DNA of 61,100 bases, counting the filler, from Bipalium vagum (Eukaryota): NCBI GenBank assembly GCA_037834085.1. It is 3 parts of 3 records of this genome, joined end to end, with 100 filler letters (N's around TTAATTAATTAA, not from the genome) between each part and the next. Parts side by side here need not be neighbours in the genome. Positions count along the whole stretch, not along the records: positions 21,324 to 44,709 come from JBBMKC010209264.1; 2 more parts are not named here. One strand, written 5' to 3'. The translations under genes were made by a program, and so were the position numbers. Position 1 is the stretch's first letter. Each line of letters opens with the position of its first letter. Below the pieces are notes generated by a model. That model saw only the letters and a program-made list of their open reading frames with translations. It was not told the origin of the DNA and made no database searches. Shown here one piece after another: positions 23,668 through 36,450 of the stretch.

Positions 23668-26600
23668 ACTCCTTTTGTAGCGGCTTTTGCTCAAGCAAAT
23701 CTCGGCGATGTTTCCCCTAATACTGCTGGTCCGAGATGTATTGATTCTGGGAAACCATGTGAAATATACACCAGTACATGCAATGGCCGAGTAAGTTTTA
23801 ATTTTTATTTATTTTCATAATTATAAGTTTTTAAAGTAAATGTATATCGACTTGAATTTAGTCAAAATTAGATAAAACTGTTTTTTCATTTATTGGCTTT
23901 TTTGATTGATTTACTGCATCTTGCATGTTTCCCTTTTATCATGTCACATAAAAAGTTTGTTTTTTCAATTGTTATTGTATAAGGACATCGACTAATATTT
24001 GAATTTACTCTTCGGTTTAAATTTTGATAAGGATGAGGATGAATATTTATATTGGGTTGGCAAGAAAGTTATTGCGACTGTTTTGAAGAAACAAAATATT
24101 TTTACTAAATTATGGATTTTCGTTATTGTTAAGGAGCTGTTGCCATCTCCATGAAGAATAAACATATTTCCTTCATATAACCTTGGGTTTATCTGTAAAA
24201 TACTTTAACAAAGTATGTTTAACGTCATTATCATTGTAAAAGTTTTACCATTCAAAAAGTTTCATTCATAGAGTGAATCAAATGGTAATCGGTAAGAGTT
24301 ATATTATGGATGTGGTAATATGTTTCAACCAAGGTTCAATCTTTTTTACAGGGTGACCAAAGAAATGTGTGGTTTTGCATTGTCATGGTGAGAAACATAG
24401 ATTTTACGGTTTATCAATTTTTTGTTTTTTACTTGGATTTCCGTGGAAAAAATTGCCAACTGATCAATATCAATATTAGAATCAATCCTTTTTCTGCATA
24501 AGAGGTTTTCGAAGAATATCATTCCTTGATAAAATTCAAAATAGAAAAGATATTAAAGTGGAAGTTAGTAAGTTTTTCGCCTCAAAAGGGTCTAAATTTA
24601 ATAAAGAGGATATTTATAAACTTGTTTCTCGTTGGAAAGGTGTGTTTGATTGTGATGGTGATTATCTTAATGAATAACATTTAATTTATATCCTTTTATT
24701 AATCTTATTTGATTTTTTAATATAGTCATACAAAAACCAGTACGAACTTTCTTGGTTACCTGATATATTCGTTAAGTAAAATACCAGATGTACTTAAACA
24801 TTTTGTCAATATAAGGAGTGGTCCATATATAGATGCTGCCACTTCTAACAATTAGTATGAAAGATTATGGTACATAGTAACTAAAAACAAAGACATTTTT
24901 GAAAATGTATTATATTGATCTTTTTATTGAATAATTTATTTAGTGATAATCCCGTAGATGAAGAGACAGCAACACGAATTTAACGCCAAGGCAATTATTG
25001 CTTTTTTTCACGAAAATTCAGAAAATAAACTGGCTACGGTTAATCACTTTCGGCAGCAAAATATTAAAGAAAGAACAATTCGGAATGTGATATCACGCTT
25101 TCTGAGGATTGGAGTAACAGATTAAAAGTCAATACCAGGTCGTAAACCAGTTGTAAACACTCCCAGAACCCAAAGAAAAGTGTTGAAGCACGCGAAAATC
25201 AACAGATCACTGTCAGAGCGCGTGTATCAAAGCGGTTGCATCTGAGTCGTAGTACCTATCAGAGAGTGAAAGAAGCAGAGGAAGCCTAAGTATAATAAAG
25301 GTCAAATACAGCGTTCAATTAATTGGTCAGCTAAGCTTTACAAGGATAGTCTTCCAAGTGGCAAGAATTACTTCTTTGTTTTTGGATGACGAAACATATA
25401 TGCCACTAGATCAGACTCAAGTGACTGGTAACCAATATTATTTGTCGGATGATGAAGAGGAGACACCAGTTGAAGAGCATGTAGTTCAAACCGGTAAATT
25501 TGAAAAACGGTTTATGATCTGTCAAGCGTTGGCAGAAGATGGATCTGTTTCAGAGCGGTTGTGACTAATGGTACTGTTAATGGTGAAATTTATCTAAAAA
25601 GAATGTATTGAAAAGCGTCTTTTGCCGTTTTTACAAAAGTTGAATGTCCAAAGGCCAAGTTTATTTTGGCCTGATCTGGTAACTTCGCATTATTTTAATA
25701 TTGTGACGGCCAAACTCAAAGAAGAGGGCGTCAACTTTGTTTCTAAAAAACAGAACTCACCGAATTTGCCATAGTTACGCCCAATTGAAAAAATTTGGGC
25801 ACTTTGTAAGCACAGATATTACATACTGAATAAACCAGTTGACAGTATACCAAAATGAAAAGAATCTGGACACGCATCTCTAAAATAATTGCAGCTGAGT
25901 CTGGAAAAACCTTTCGACAAAAATTACTCACTTGTTCCGAAAAAGGACTACTTTCTATTTAAATTTTGTATAAAAATGTTCTTGAATATAAATGTTATTC
26001 GTTCTAAAAGTTTACTTATGTTTATGTTTGCTCGTTTACCAAATGTAAAGGTTTGATTGCTCGGTATCTGTATATGGGCCACTCTATATTTTTATATATG
26101 ATTCTTACTTTAAATATTTATTTTTATTTTTTTATAAAGATAAGCATTTTTTCATTTTATATAAGCATATTACAAATAAATATTTTTTTATAATATGGAG
26201 AATATTTTCGTTTGATATATTTTATCCTGTTATTCAACCATGAATCGAGGGTTCATTTTTTTCATTTATTATATAATTATTAAAATTTTGTATATTTTTA
26301 ATTTTAAAATAAAATAACGAATTCGAAATAATTGAAAAATTTACACTTAATAAAAAGAAATTTTTATTTATTGTTTAAAATTAAATTTTAGTCGTTAATA
26401 TCAATCGGTTTGTAATCAGAATTAGAAAACTTTTTTAATAGATTTTATTAAGTGATAAAACAAATAATATTTAAACAAATTTTCTCAGACCTGGTAATTC
26501 CTGTTTTTATTAAATTTTTAAAATAAGTTAATTTATAAATAGTTTACTTTTAAAATAATTAAAATATTTAAAATAAATAATTAAAAAATTCCCTAGGTCT

Positions 26601-29600
26601 GATTAGCCTCCTGATAATATTATTTATTATGATTATACAATATATAAATTTATTTAAGTTGAAATTATAATTTACGAAAATATATAAATGGATTATAAAA
26701 GAACTAATGGGAATATGTAAGTATTTTCTCAAAAATCCATAACCAAGAAACTTTTTAAAACATTTGAGTTAATATAAAATACTTAGTCTTTAATTTAAAA
26801 GAAATTTTATATAAAAATAAATTTTTATAAGTAAAAAATATTAATTTTTTATGTTTGAATTAATAAATAATTTAAATATTATAAACAAAGTGAATTTAAT
26901 ATTTAAATAATTTCAATTTTTCATAAAATATTATTATCTATGATAATTTTCATGTTTCTGAAAACTTGTTTTGTTTTTGGAAATATTAATTTAATTAAAT
27001 AAAATAATAATAATGCATTAAAATTATTTTAATTAAAGATACATTTCATTATGTACGTGTTGTAATTTTTTTCTAAGTGCAATAATGAAATTTTTTTAAG
27101 AAATCCATTTTGTAAAATAAATATATATTAAATATAAATAATTCAAATAATGCAAAGATTTATTTCTAAATTTTTATAAAATAAACCATAAATAATTTTA
27201 ATTATTAAAATATTTACTTTTATATATAATATTATTGAAGTCAATTTTTTTTAAAATTATAACATGATATTTTATTTGATAATGTTACTTCCTAAACCAT
27301 CTTTAAAACTGAATTAAAACTTTTATATCTATTTATCTTGAAATTGTTATTTCTTAAAATTTACAATTATTTTTTTATGTATTTTCTTTGTCAGATATCA
27401 CACCAAAATTAATTAATTTATAATATATTTTTATCTATTATAGATTTTTATTTATTATTTTAATTTCTTTTCCTTAAGTTTTCTCAAAATTACATGACAT
27501 TAACTTATTTAATTCTGATTAATTAACATTTTTCTTTAAAATAGTAATCATTATTATATTGATTTTATTATTTATAAATTTGATAATATTAATAATTAAA
27601 ATATTATACGATGAAAAATTTGTTTCGAAAAATATCAATTCAACCATATAAATGAAATTAAAATTATTAGATAAAAGTTATTAATTAATTAATTTTTTTG
27701 CCTAAATTAATAGGTTATTCAATGAACCAAAAAGAATTAGCTAATACGATTATCATTTTATAAAAAAGTCTAATTATTTTTATTAGTCAAGAATTGTTCC
27801 AAAATGTTTTTGAATAGGAATAATTTCCTAATTTTATCAATAAAACAAATTCAAAATAATTATATTTTTTAATTTAAAATATAATTTAGTTCATTTGATA
27901 AATAAATTATTTAGGAAAAAATTAAATCAAATTTAGATTCATCATTTTGAATTGATGTTTTTATTTATTAAAATAAAATACTTACTCCATTCCATAAAAC
28001 CCAATTTTTTATTTCATAAAATAGGTAATCATTGTTATTTGTTTATCTGTATTAAATTGATTTTAGAATTGATGTTTTTATTTTATTTTTTGAAATAAAA
28101 TATATAATTATTATATTTTTTAGTAAACATAACTGAACTAAAAATATCCGCTGTTGGATTACCTTTCCTCATCTTTCTGGTAACTGCAAAATTCTTTTTG
28201 ATTACATAACCTTGTAACTTTGTAAAGTTTTCAAATGAGTTTTTAATATTTAAGCTGTTCAAAGGTGGTTAGTGCAAGATGTCTGAGAACAAATATCAGC
28301 TAAGCTGTAGAATAATTTAACATACAAAGAAATTGCACCAATTCTTTTAGTTTTACTTATAATAAAATTTTCTTTTCTAATATCAAATACAATGTATTAC
28401 TTGCTTAAGAATTAAAGTGGCTTTTAACGGTACTTAAAGTAAGTACTTATAATTTAAGCCATGGTTCACCTTATTTAAAATGTTCATACACAAACCATTT
28501 TTAATCATACCTAAGCCTCCGATCTCTTTAGTTGCTTTAACTTATCTTATTCAATTAAGTGGAACATGATTTTTTTCGCTATAAATCAATTTGAATTTCG
28601 GAACTTGTTATGAAAGCGTTATTTTATCATTACTTAGAATGAAAAATGCATTGCATTTGGACCGGGCAGAGATATGTTCGAAAGTACAAAAATCATAGGA
28701 GAACGTCAGTTACAAAAGGCTTTACAATTATATGGGAATGCAACAACAGAAATCAACGGTCCTCTTCAATATAAGCATCAGTTTAAACAAATGACAAATG
28801 TAACTGTTTTGACCACGGATGGCAACTGGAAAACAACTTGTTTGCCGGCAATGGGGTACAGTTTTGCAGCTGGAACCACTGATGGACCGGGAGCCTTTGA
28901 CTTTTCTCAAGGTATTTTCTTTAATGTCCGATGTCATTTCACACATTAAAATATTTTAAATCCTTATTTCTTAAAACAATTAAATACTTATTTATTATTT
29001 CAGTTTTCCCTCTTTCTAGATGACTTGTTATTTTCTTTGAAAAGACTGATATCTTCAAATTATTCCATTGTACTTTAAAAGTGAAATCAAAATAATAAAA
29101 TTTCAAAGTGTGTTTTAAAAATGATGTCAAGCAACTAAGTATCTCTAGGAAAACTTAATATTTTTCTATATTAAATGAATAAGTTATACTTGAAGGAACT
29201 TGAAGAAACTAAGTTTTGAGATCCCCTTTTCTATCCTCTATCACTGTAATGCCAATGACTAAATTAGAAAAAAATCCAGAACTAGGTGCAGTTTGATAAA
29301 CGATGCATTAATCAAAAGAAGAAAAGCGGATTGAGGTGATATTTTTACTAAAAAATATTTTAATCTGAATTCTACATTCTAAAGAACAACTGAAATGAGT
29401 CACATAGAATTGACATTTTGTAGAAAAAATTATAGGAATAAACTTTATCAGACAGTCCAGAACAGAACTTAGTGAAGGAGAAAGAACACAATACGATAAA
29501 GATGAGTACAGAATAGGGCAAAAAGTTCTAGTAAAAATGTAAAACGTTTGACAAAAAAGAGACTTTATGATGAACCCTGTGAAATCATTTAGGTAATTTA

Positions 29601-32600
29601 TGGCCTGAACAACAAGTTTTTATTCTCAAAAATATTTACATTAAAAGTAGATTAAATATTTCCTTTTATTTAACCTAATATCTAATTAAACATCAATTTA
29701 TTATTTTTGTTATGTATTTTTGAAATTTATTATCACACTACTTACAGAGTTTACAGTGTACATTAACGATTGTTTTAAGTTTTTTTAAAAACGAACGAAG
29801 GTTTTACAAATAAAAATAAAAATAAGAAAAGATATGAGCCCACTACTCGTCAAACAATAATAAGAAAAATTCAAAATGTAAAGGAGGAACCGCGAATAAT
29901 TAGCCCTGAACTGGAAATAAATGAAAGTCCGGTAGCTTCAGTTAAAATCGTTAATTTAAGTTTAAAATCATGTTTAATGAGTAAATTTAATATTTCTGCA
30001 GACTTTTTTATGTAAAATTTTTGAGTAGATGTTTATATAATAGGTACACGTTATTTTTCAATTTCGTATCTTCAACAAGTAAACTTAATATTCCATTTGT
30101 CTATCATAGGTACTAATACTTCAAACCCATTTTGGAATTTTATTCGGGATTTCATTAAAACTCCGAGCGAAGAACTCGTTGAATGCCAAGCTCCTAAGCC
30201 TATCTTATTAGCAACTGGAGAGGTGAGATAATCTAAAAAATATTTATATAAGGTTTCACTTCATTAAAACAAGATCAATTTTCCACATTTGTGGCAACCA
30301 CAAATTGTTGAGACTCAAGTTCTTCGAATCGGTAGTTTAGTAATTGCAGCAATACCCGGAGAGTTCACCACAATGTCTGGTAGAAGAATGCGAGATGCAA
30401 TTGGAAAAGTAGATATATATTCGTTTATATTTTGAAATTTAAGATGTCAAGGTTATGAAAAAAGAGAGTCAAAATTCAAATGTTACCGTAGTTATTGCTG
30501 GGTTGTCGAATACTTATTCTGATTACATTACAACATTTGAAGAATATCAGGTTTTAGTTTTATGAAAAATGGATATGAATACTGTTTTTAACAGAGACAG
30601 CGATATGAAGCTGCATCAACTATATATGGTCCCCACACATTGGAGGCCTATATTTCTCAATACTCAAACCTCACCAGAAGCATGATAAATGTATGAATAC
30701 ATTATTCTTTATATTTATCTTGTCAAATTTGTATTGTATAATATTTAAGCGGTTTTTTATTAAAATAATATATCGAAAACTTCTACTAAAAATATATTAC
30801 GTTGTAAAAATATAAATGATTGTTTTTAACATTAAACTTCAGATGAACAAATCACAGCTTAATCAAAATAGAAACCATTATACTGTACAAATTTCTCCCA
30901 ACGAGTCACACACTTATTTTCCCGATTCGATAAAAATCTGGAGTTCTGGATGTTACAAAATTTTCACAGCATCATCATTGGGAAAGGTTCTTTTGCTGAA
31001 GAGCTTGTCCAAATGTTTGAATAAATAATAATAGCTAGGCGAGAGGTCTGGTGAGTAGGCCAATTGAGACAAAATTTCAATATCAAGCTGGTTCAATTTT
31101 TGTACGGTAGATTATGCGACGTGTGGTCTGGTGTTATCATGGAGAAACAATGGGCCTTTTCTTAAGACCAAGGCTGGGTAGATGCCTTTACAGTTTTTCA
31201 TAGATTTCTTCGATTTCCACACAAAACTTTTTAGCGGCAGTTCTTTGATCACATTTCAAGAATTTATAATGGGTCGTCAAAACAATAACCAAAATTCTCC
31301 GTCGGTGCAACTTAGGTTTAAGAAAAGGTTTAGGAGGTTCATGTTGATATAACCACTGCTGAGAGCATCGGTGGTTGTCATACAGGATCCATTTCTCATC
31401 AAATGTCACAATGCAATCGAAGAAAGGCTCCTTTTTGTTGCGCAAAAGAAGTGCTGACCACACCTCAAAACGACATAATTTTTACTTTTCTGCCAAAGAT
31501 GTTTTACCTAATCTGCCTTATTCACCAGATATTGGTCCGAGTGACTATCATATGTTTCGATTGATGACACACGTACTTTTGAAGCATAAATTCAATGATT
31601 ACGAAGAAATAGAAAATTGGTTCAATTTAAGGATCACTTTGAAAGACGAGTCTTTTTTCGGTCAAAAATTACAAAAACTGTTTTTAAAACTTATATTGTA
31701 ATCAGTGTGAGAAAAATAATATCAAACGATGGAAAATCTCTCAATTAGTGTATAATACTTGTTTTTTTTTAATAGCTTTCTTGTATTAAAAAAAACTTAC
31801 CGAATTAATTCATATACTTAATATTTTTACAGTAAAAATTTTAAAGACAAGTATAATTTTTTAGGTAGCATGCCATAAAGTGGGGTCCCATTTGTTTTAA
31901 AGCATCAATAAATTTTTTGAAGGTCACAAATTCATTCATAATGTTAATCAAATTTTTTTCTATAATTCAATAACTTTTTTATAATTTAATAATGAAAAAG
32001 CGATAGAATTTATACGACAAAGTCAATTGGTATATTTCTCTCCAAAATGTCCTTCATGCTCTAGTGACATAATTTTGGCATTAAAAATGCAACCGATAAA
32101 TGTAATGTTTTATTAACTATTAATAAAATTTGTTGACTTTCTATACCGATTTTGTCTGCTAAAATAACCTAAATAAAAATAATTTTAAAAATTACTATGT
32201 TACAAAAATACAAAACAATGAAGACCCCACTTTATGGCATACTACCAATTTTTATAATAAATTAAATCTTATACAATACTGAATTAATCTTTTGTTTGAA
32301 AGTTAAAAGTCACTTAGTAAAATGATCTTAAATATATCAAAAAATGAAATAACATAAATAATAATGATAATAATATAACGAATAATCATATTTAATTATA
32401 ATTATTAAAAATAGAAAAATCGAAAAACTTCAAATGTACTTGCTAAATATTTTTAAGGAGACGATTTACGCTGGTAATAGCGGTGTGCTTGAATTAGTAT
32501 GAATTTAAATAATGATCCCGAATAATTAAAATTCATTTCTTTTTGTTTTACATTTGGTAAATAATTTAATTACAAATATATTGATTTCGTCTCAGCAAAA

Positions 32601-33448
32601 AAAATTTGACATCTTCAGATCCACTTTTAAAATGAAACCGAAATGGAAATTGATACTTTATATTTTCTTTAATCAATGTTTTTAGAATCTATTTTCATAT
32701 TTTAAATTAATTTCTTTCCACTTGGTAATTTCCTTATATAGAGAATATTATAAAATTAATAAAATTAATTCAATAATCAAATAAATTCAAAATATTGGTT
32801 TTAACCAATTGAAATTTATATTTAAATTTAATTTTGTAATTAAGAAATTCTTGAAATGATAAATATGTTTTTGACAGTTAATAAAATAAATTCAGTTCTA
32901 ATTAAAAAAAAATTTCTTTGTTTACGAAATTTTAAAGATTTTAATGTTTTAAAAAATGTGTAATATTACATTATAGTATTATTACATTTTCAAAATTACC
33001 ATGGATATTAAATTAAGAATCAAAACTCAGTAGTTATGTATTTTATTTATATTTCAAAAAAAATAAAAATGTAAAATTATTTCTAAATAAATAAAAATTA
33101 ATTTTATATTTATTTTATCTTCGATTTAATATATTAAATTATACAATTCAAACAATTTTTAAAATAAAAAAATGTATAAGAAATAGTTAATAAAAAATCG
33201 GCAATTTCATATGTGACAACCAATTAATATAACTTTTTCAAAATAATCACAGCTTATCATATTTTTTTAAATAAATATGTAAATAATTTAAAAAAATACT
33301 TTTTTAGAATGAAACTATTCCAAGAGGACCTTTCCCACCGTTTCAAGAAGATACAGTGTCATTTGTAATTCCTGTAATTTTTGACAATCCTGGCATTAAT
33401 CAAAGGTTTGGACAAGTCCTTCAAAATTCTCCTCCTTCTGTGTCGAGG

Positions 33449-33485
<37 letters not shown>

Positions 33486-33734
33486 TGTCATTATTTTTTT
33501 AATTTGAAAGTTATACATTCTAAGATTTATCTTACCTAGAATTAATTAAAATATTAAATATTCTTACGATCTATTGTCTGTATAATTGTAATTTGTATTA
33601 TCTTTTAAATACTTATATTTTTTAGGAGAACAATTAAGATTTTCAATAAATTTATTAGGCCTAAGTTTATATATTAAATATAATTTATAAGACCACATAA
33701 TATAAAATTCTCTTAAAAAATATTAATGGATAAA

Positions 33735-33782
<48 letters not shown>

Positions 33783-34358
33783 TCAATAAAATTATTAAAA
33801 ATATGCCTAAGTATTCCATCATTGATAAGAATTTATAAATCAAACATTTTACCTTGTGCATTTACCTCTGAAATTGTATTTAATTGGTAGTAATGATAAG
33901 AGTTCATTAATAAATGTAAGAGACAAACACTATAATCTTAGTATATCCCATACAAGAAAAATCTATAATAACTATTAATTATTTTAGAATTCTACTGTGA
34001 AAGTAACCTTCGTTGGAGCGAACCCCAGAAATCTTCCTTACTTGATTCCTTCGTTTCTGTATGTTGAAAGATATGTGAACTCCACATGGTCAGTCGAATA
34101 CACGGATGCTGATTGGGAAACAAAGTAGTTTTGGTGGTTTGTAATAAACATTAATAAAAAAATTTCTACAGATTTATTTGGATTCGGAAAAATATAATTG
34201 CGATTTTATTCGGTGAAAGTGAGGTTACAATTGAATGGGATATTCCTAGTACACAAATCCCTGGAACCTATAGGATTCGGTATATTGGCATATCGAAAAC
34301 ACTGTTTTCCAAATATTCCAATTTTCAGGGATGTTCAGACAATTTTGAAGTTGTCTAA
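23668..34358 (+). CDS. ASAH2: neutral ceramidase, 3' nine exons (5' part absent from window)
   Basis: Exons 23668-23790, 28638-28911, 30110-30222, 30274-30408, 30452-30550, 30595-30690, 33308-33448, 33988-34124, 34172-34358. All GT-AG with consistent phases and no stops. Family motifs: NLGDVSPN, AMGYSFAAGTTDGPG, PGEFTTMSGRR, YITTFEEYQRQRYEAASTIYGPHTL, GANPRN, TDADWET, PGTYRIRY. Confidence 0.95.
24050..24765. mobile_element. two back-to-back mariner 3' halves (minus 24050-24530, plus 24545-24765)
   Basis: Minus: HHDNAKPH...LPHP...DYHL, ending in TIR TATTGGGTTGGCAAGAAAGTT. Plus: FFASKG...LVSRWKGVFDCDGDYLNE*, ending GAACTTTCTTGGTTACCTGATA. Confidence 0.8.
24814..26086 (+). mobile_element. full-length, decayed DD37E Tc1/mariner-superfamily element
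   Basis: LDDETY ... FWPD + 37 residues + E in LRPIEKIW (counted). Imperfect TIRs: GGAGTGGTCCATATATAGAT at the left and TATCTGTATATGGGCCACTCT at the right. Confidence 0.88.
26393..26619 (-). mobile_element. solo LTR related to the LTR at 18265-18492
   Basis: The reverse complement shares the blocks GCTAATCAGACCT, CAGGTCTGAGAAAATTTGTTTAAATATTATTTG and TACAAACC-ATTGATATTAAC with the gypsy LTR. Confidence 0.8.
28130..28215 (-). mobile_element. short mariner C-terminal fragment
   Basis: The minus strand reads ILQLPER*GKVIQ (LPERW motif). Confidence 0.55.
28250..28610 (-). mobile_element. possible non-LTR retrotransposon remnant
   Basis: The minus strand reads KATKEIGGLGM, resembling the post-RT GGLG motif. 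The rest is very decayed. Confidence 0.35.
29440..29610 (+). mobile_element. gypsy integrase C-terminal (GPY/F-like) remnant
   Basis: YRIGQKVLVK...LYDEPCEII resembles the GxxVLVK...YxGPYxII module. Confidence 0.5.
30746..31822. mobile_element. two back-to-back mariner remnants (minus 30746-31480, plus 31495-31822)
   Basis: Minus: LLLRNKKEPFFDCIVTFDEKWILYDN, DNTRPHV, YSPDLSPSYY (Hsmar1-like). Plus: LPYSPDIGPSDYHMFRLMTH (Mos1-like) with a TIR-like end. Confidence 0.88.
31864..32246 (+). mobile_element. non-autonomous Merlin-type element (MITE-sized)
   Basis: TIRs GGTAGCATGCCATAAAGTGGGGTC / GACCCCACTTTATGGCATACTACC match at 23 of 24 positions. Flanks AATTTTTTA / AATTTTTA suggest an 8-9 bp TSD. 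The internal peptide NEKAIEFIRQSQLVYFSPKCPSCS resembles a Merlin N-terminal zinc ribbon. Confidence 0.8.
33736..33782. repeat. (ATT)n microsatellite (another at 33449-33497)
   Basis: Direct observation, inside a ceramidase intron. Confidence 0.9.
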
Positions 34359-35964
34359 CTTTAATTCGAAAGACTTTTATTGATTTTGAAAATAGAACCT
34401 TCCATTAATGTATTAAAAAAATATTTCTTTTGATAATTCTGATTTATCTTAGTTTAAGTTTGTTTAGTAATTGCGATATCATCAGACAAAAAAATTTTTA
34501 TAACTTTTATTTGTATCGCAGTTTCTATTTTCTTATCGAATCCACCGCTTGATTTTCTGATATTAAAAAATTTCTTTCTGAAGATGTTTTTATTGATTTT
34601 TAATTGTTTAATTAATTATTGTTCTTTTTAATATTATCTTGAAAAATTCTTTTAACAACTTTTATTTACTTTTTAAATTACACTTATATTTTTTTAATGA
34701 AAATTTTAGGCAGTTAAGATTAGTATTAAAGACCTTATTTCAGATATTTTGTTTTAATCATTGGTACATTCGATGATCGTAAATTCTATTCTTTTCTTTT
34801 TTTCTTTCCTTTTCATATTTACGTTAAATGTTTATTATTAGTTATTTTAATCTTTCTTCATTTATTTTCAACTTTGATTAAATTTTTTAATTAAATTTTG
34901 TTTTATTAATTTATCTAAAATATTCAACTTTATTCGAATAGTTTATAGTTTTTCTATACTCTTTAACTCATTTTTATTGAGTTAAGTAGTCTTCGAATTT
35001 TTAAGAAAAATTCAGTCGATTTATTATTATAAAAAATTTTATTCAACAATATATGCACCATTTAAATTAACTACTTTTCATTCATTTAGACTTTCATTAA
35101 TTTTTATTTACGTTAATACAAAATAATGAAAGGACTTTACTCAACCCAATATATTAGATTACGATTTTGTATGAAGATATTCAATTTTTATTTTAAATTT
35201 CCTTAAATTAAATCGATTGTCGAAAAAAATTTTATAATTGAAGATTTTCCTCGGTAACTTCTATAAATAATTATCCAAAATAAAAGTTAGAGACATATAA
35301 ATTTATGTAGGAAATATTTTTGCATAATATAATTTTTGTTTCAAGTATATCGCAAAGTTAATGAATGTTTCATTTTTTGATGGAAATCCTGAGAATATAA
35401 AAAATAAAGAAGATCGATGAGGAAGATATAAAAGATACAATAATATATTTAACTTATCTCTAATATGATTTTACTATTTTTATTTTACTTTTACTCTTCG
35501 GTATATTATTAAATAATATTCCTTTTAAAAATTATGAATATTTATTTTCCTCACTGAAAAAGAATAATTTATGGTAGAATAGGTCAGAATAGAATTTTAT
35601 CTTTGAAGGTTTAGAAATTTAAAATTAATGCGAATATCTCAATCATTAATATGAAAAAATGATATAACACCACCAAAACTTTAAACAGTTTGTAATTCAA
35701 GAGCATAATAATTATACATATGTAGCCTACATTACTTATTAAATGTAAATTATTTTTATTTATAAAATGTAAAATTTAATTATTGTTTTCTTTAAAAATT
35801 AATGTTTCAATTATTCATAAACCAAAATTACGGTTCCATTATTATATATACCAATTATATTATGTTACATAATATTTATAGATTATATATGTTGGGTTAA
35901 GTGATTGCGAGTTGCTGTAGTTTTGATAACTGTCACCAACTCAACAAAATGACTCAAGATATAA

Positions 35965-36450
35965 AAATAATGAACAAGTTTTATGCAAAAACCCATTGTT
36001 GCTCACCTAATGCTCGACTTTTTCGATATTTGTTTTTGACCAGTAATGATTCATCACCAATTCTGTTCTCAATCTCAACAAAATAAAAAAATAGCTAAAC
36101 CCCGAAATCTAAGGTACAACATTGTTGTAGCTGATTCAGGGATAGGTATTCGAAAGCTTTTTTTTAATTGGAGTTTCAAACTCAATTCATACATTAAAAA
36201 AAGAATGGCGTCGATACCAATACTTGAATTAGAAAAAATTGTATTACTAAACAAACTTATTTTTATTCTGCAATTTCTTTTTTTACATCTAAACATCTTT
36301 TATTCAGCATAGTAATGCATTTTTTTCTCCACATAAATGACATTACATGTCAATTGTCAATAGTCCATGGGCTTGGCACCATTCCATTGCGCTGTCATAG
36401 TTACTTATTTTCTGTATTAAATCTTTTCTTCTAATTTCCTTTATTTCTTC
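35965..36450 (-). mobile_element. Merlin (IS1595/ISXO2-like) transposase remnant
   Basis: AMEWCQAHGLLTIDM*CHLCGE, FRCKKRNCRIKISLFSNTIFSNS, then DESLLVKNKYRKSRALGEQQWVF (the DES..KY..R...WVFG catalytic block). Confidence 0.82.
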
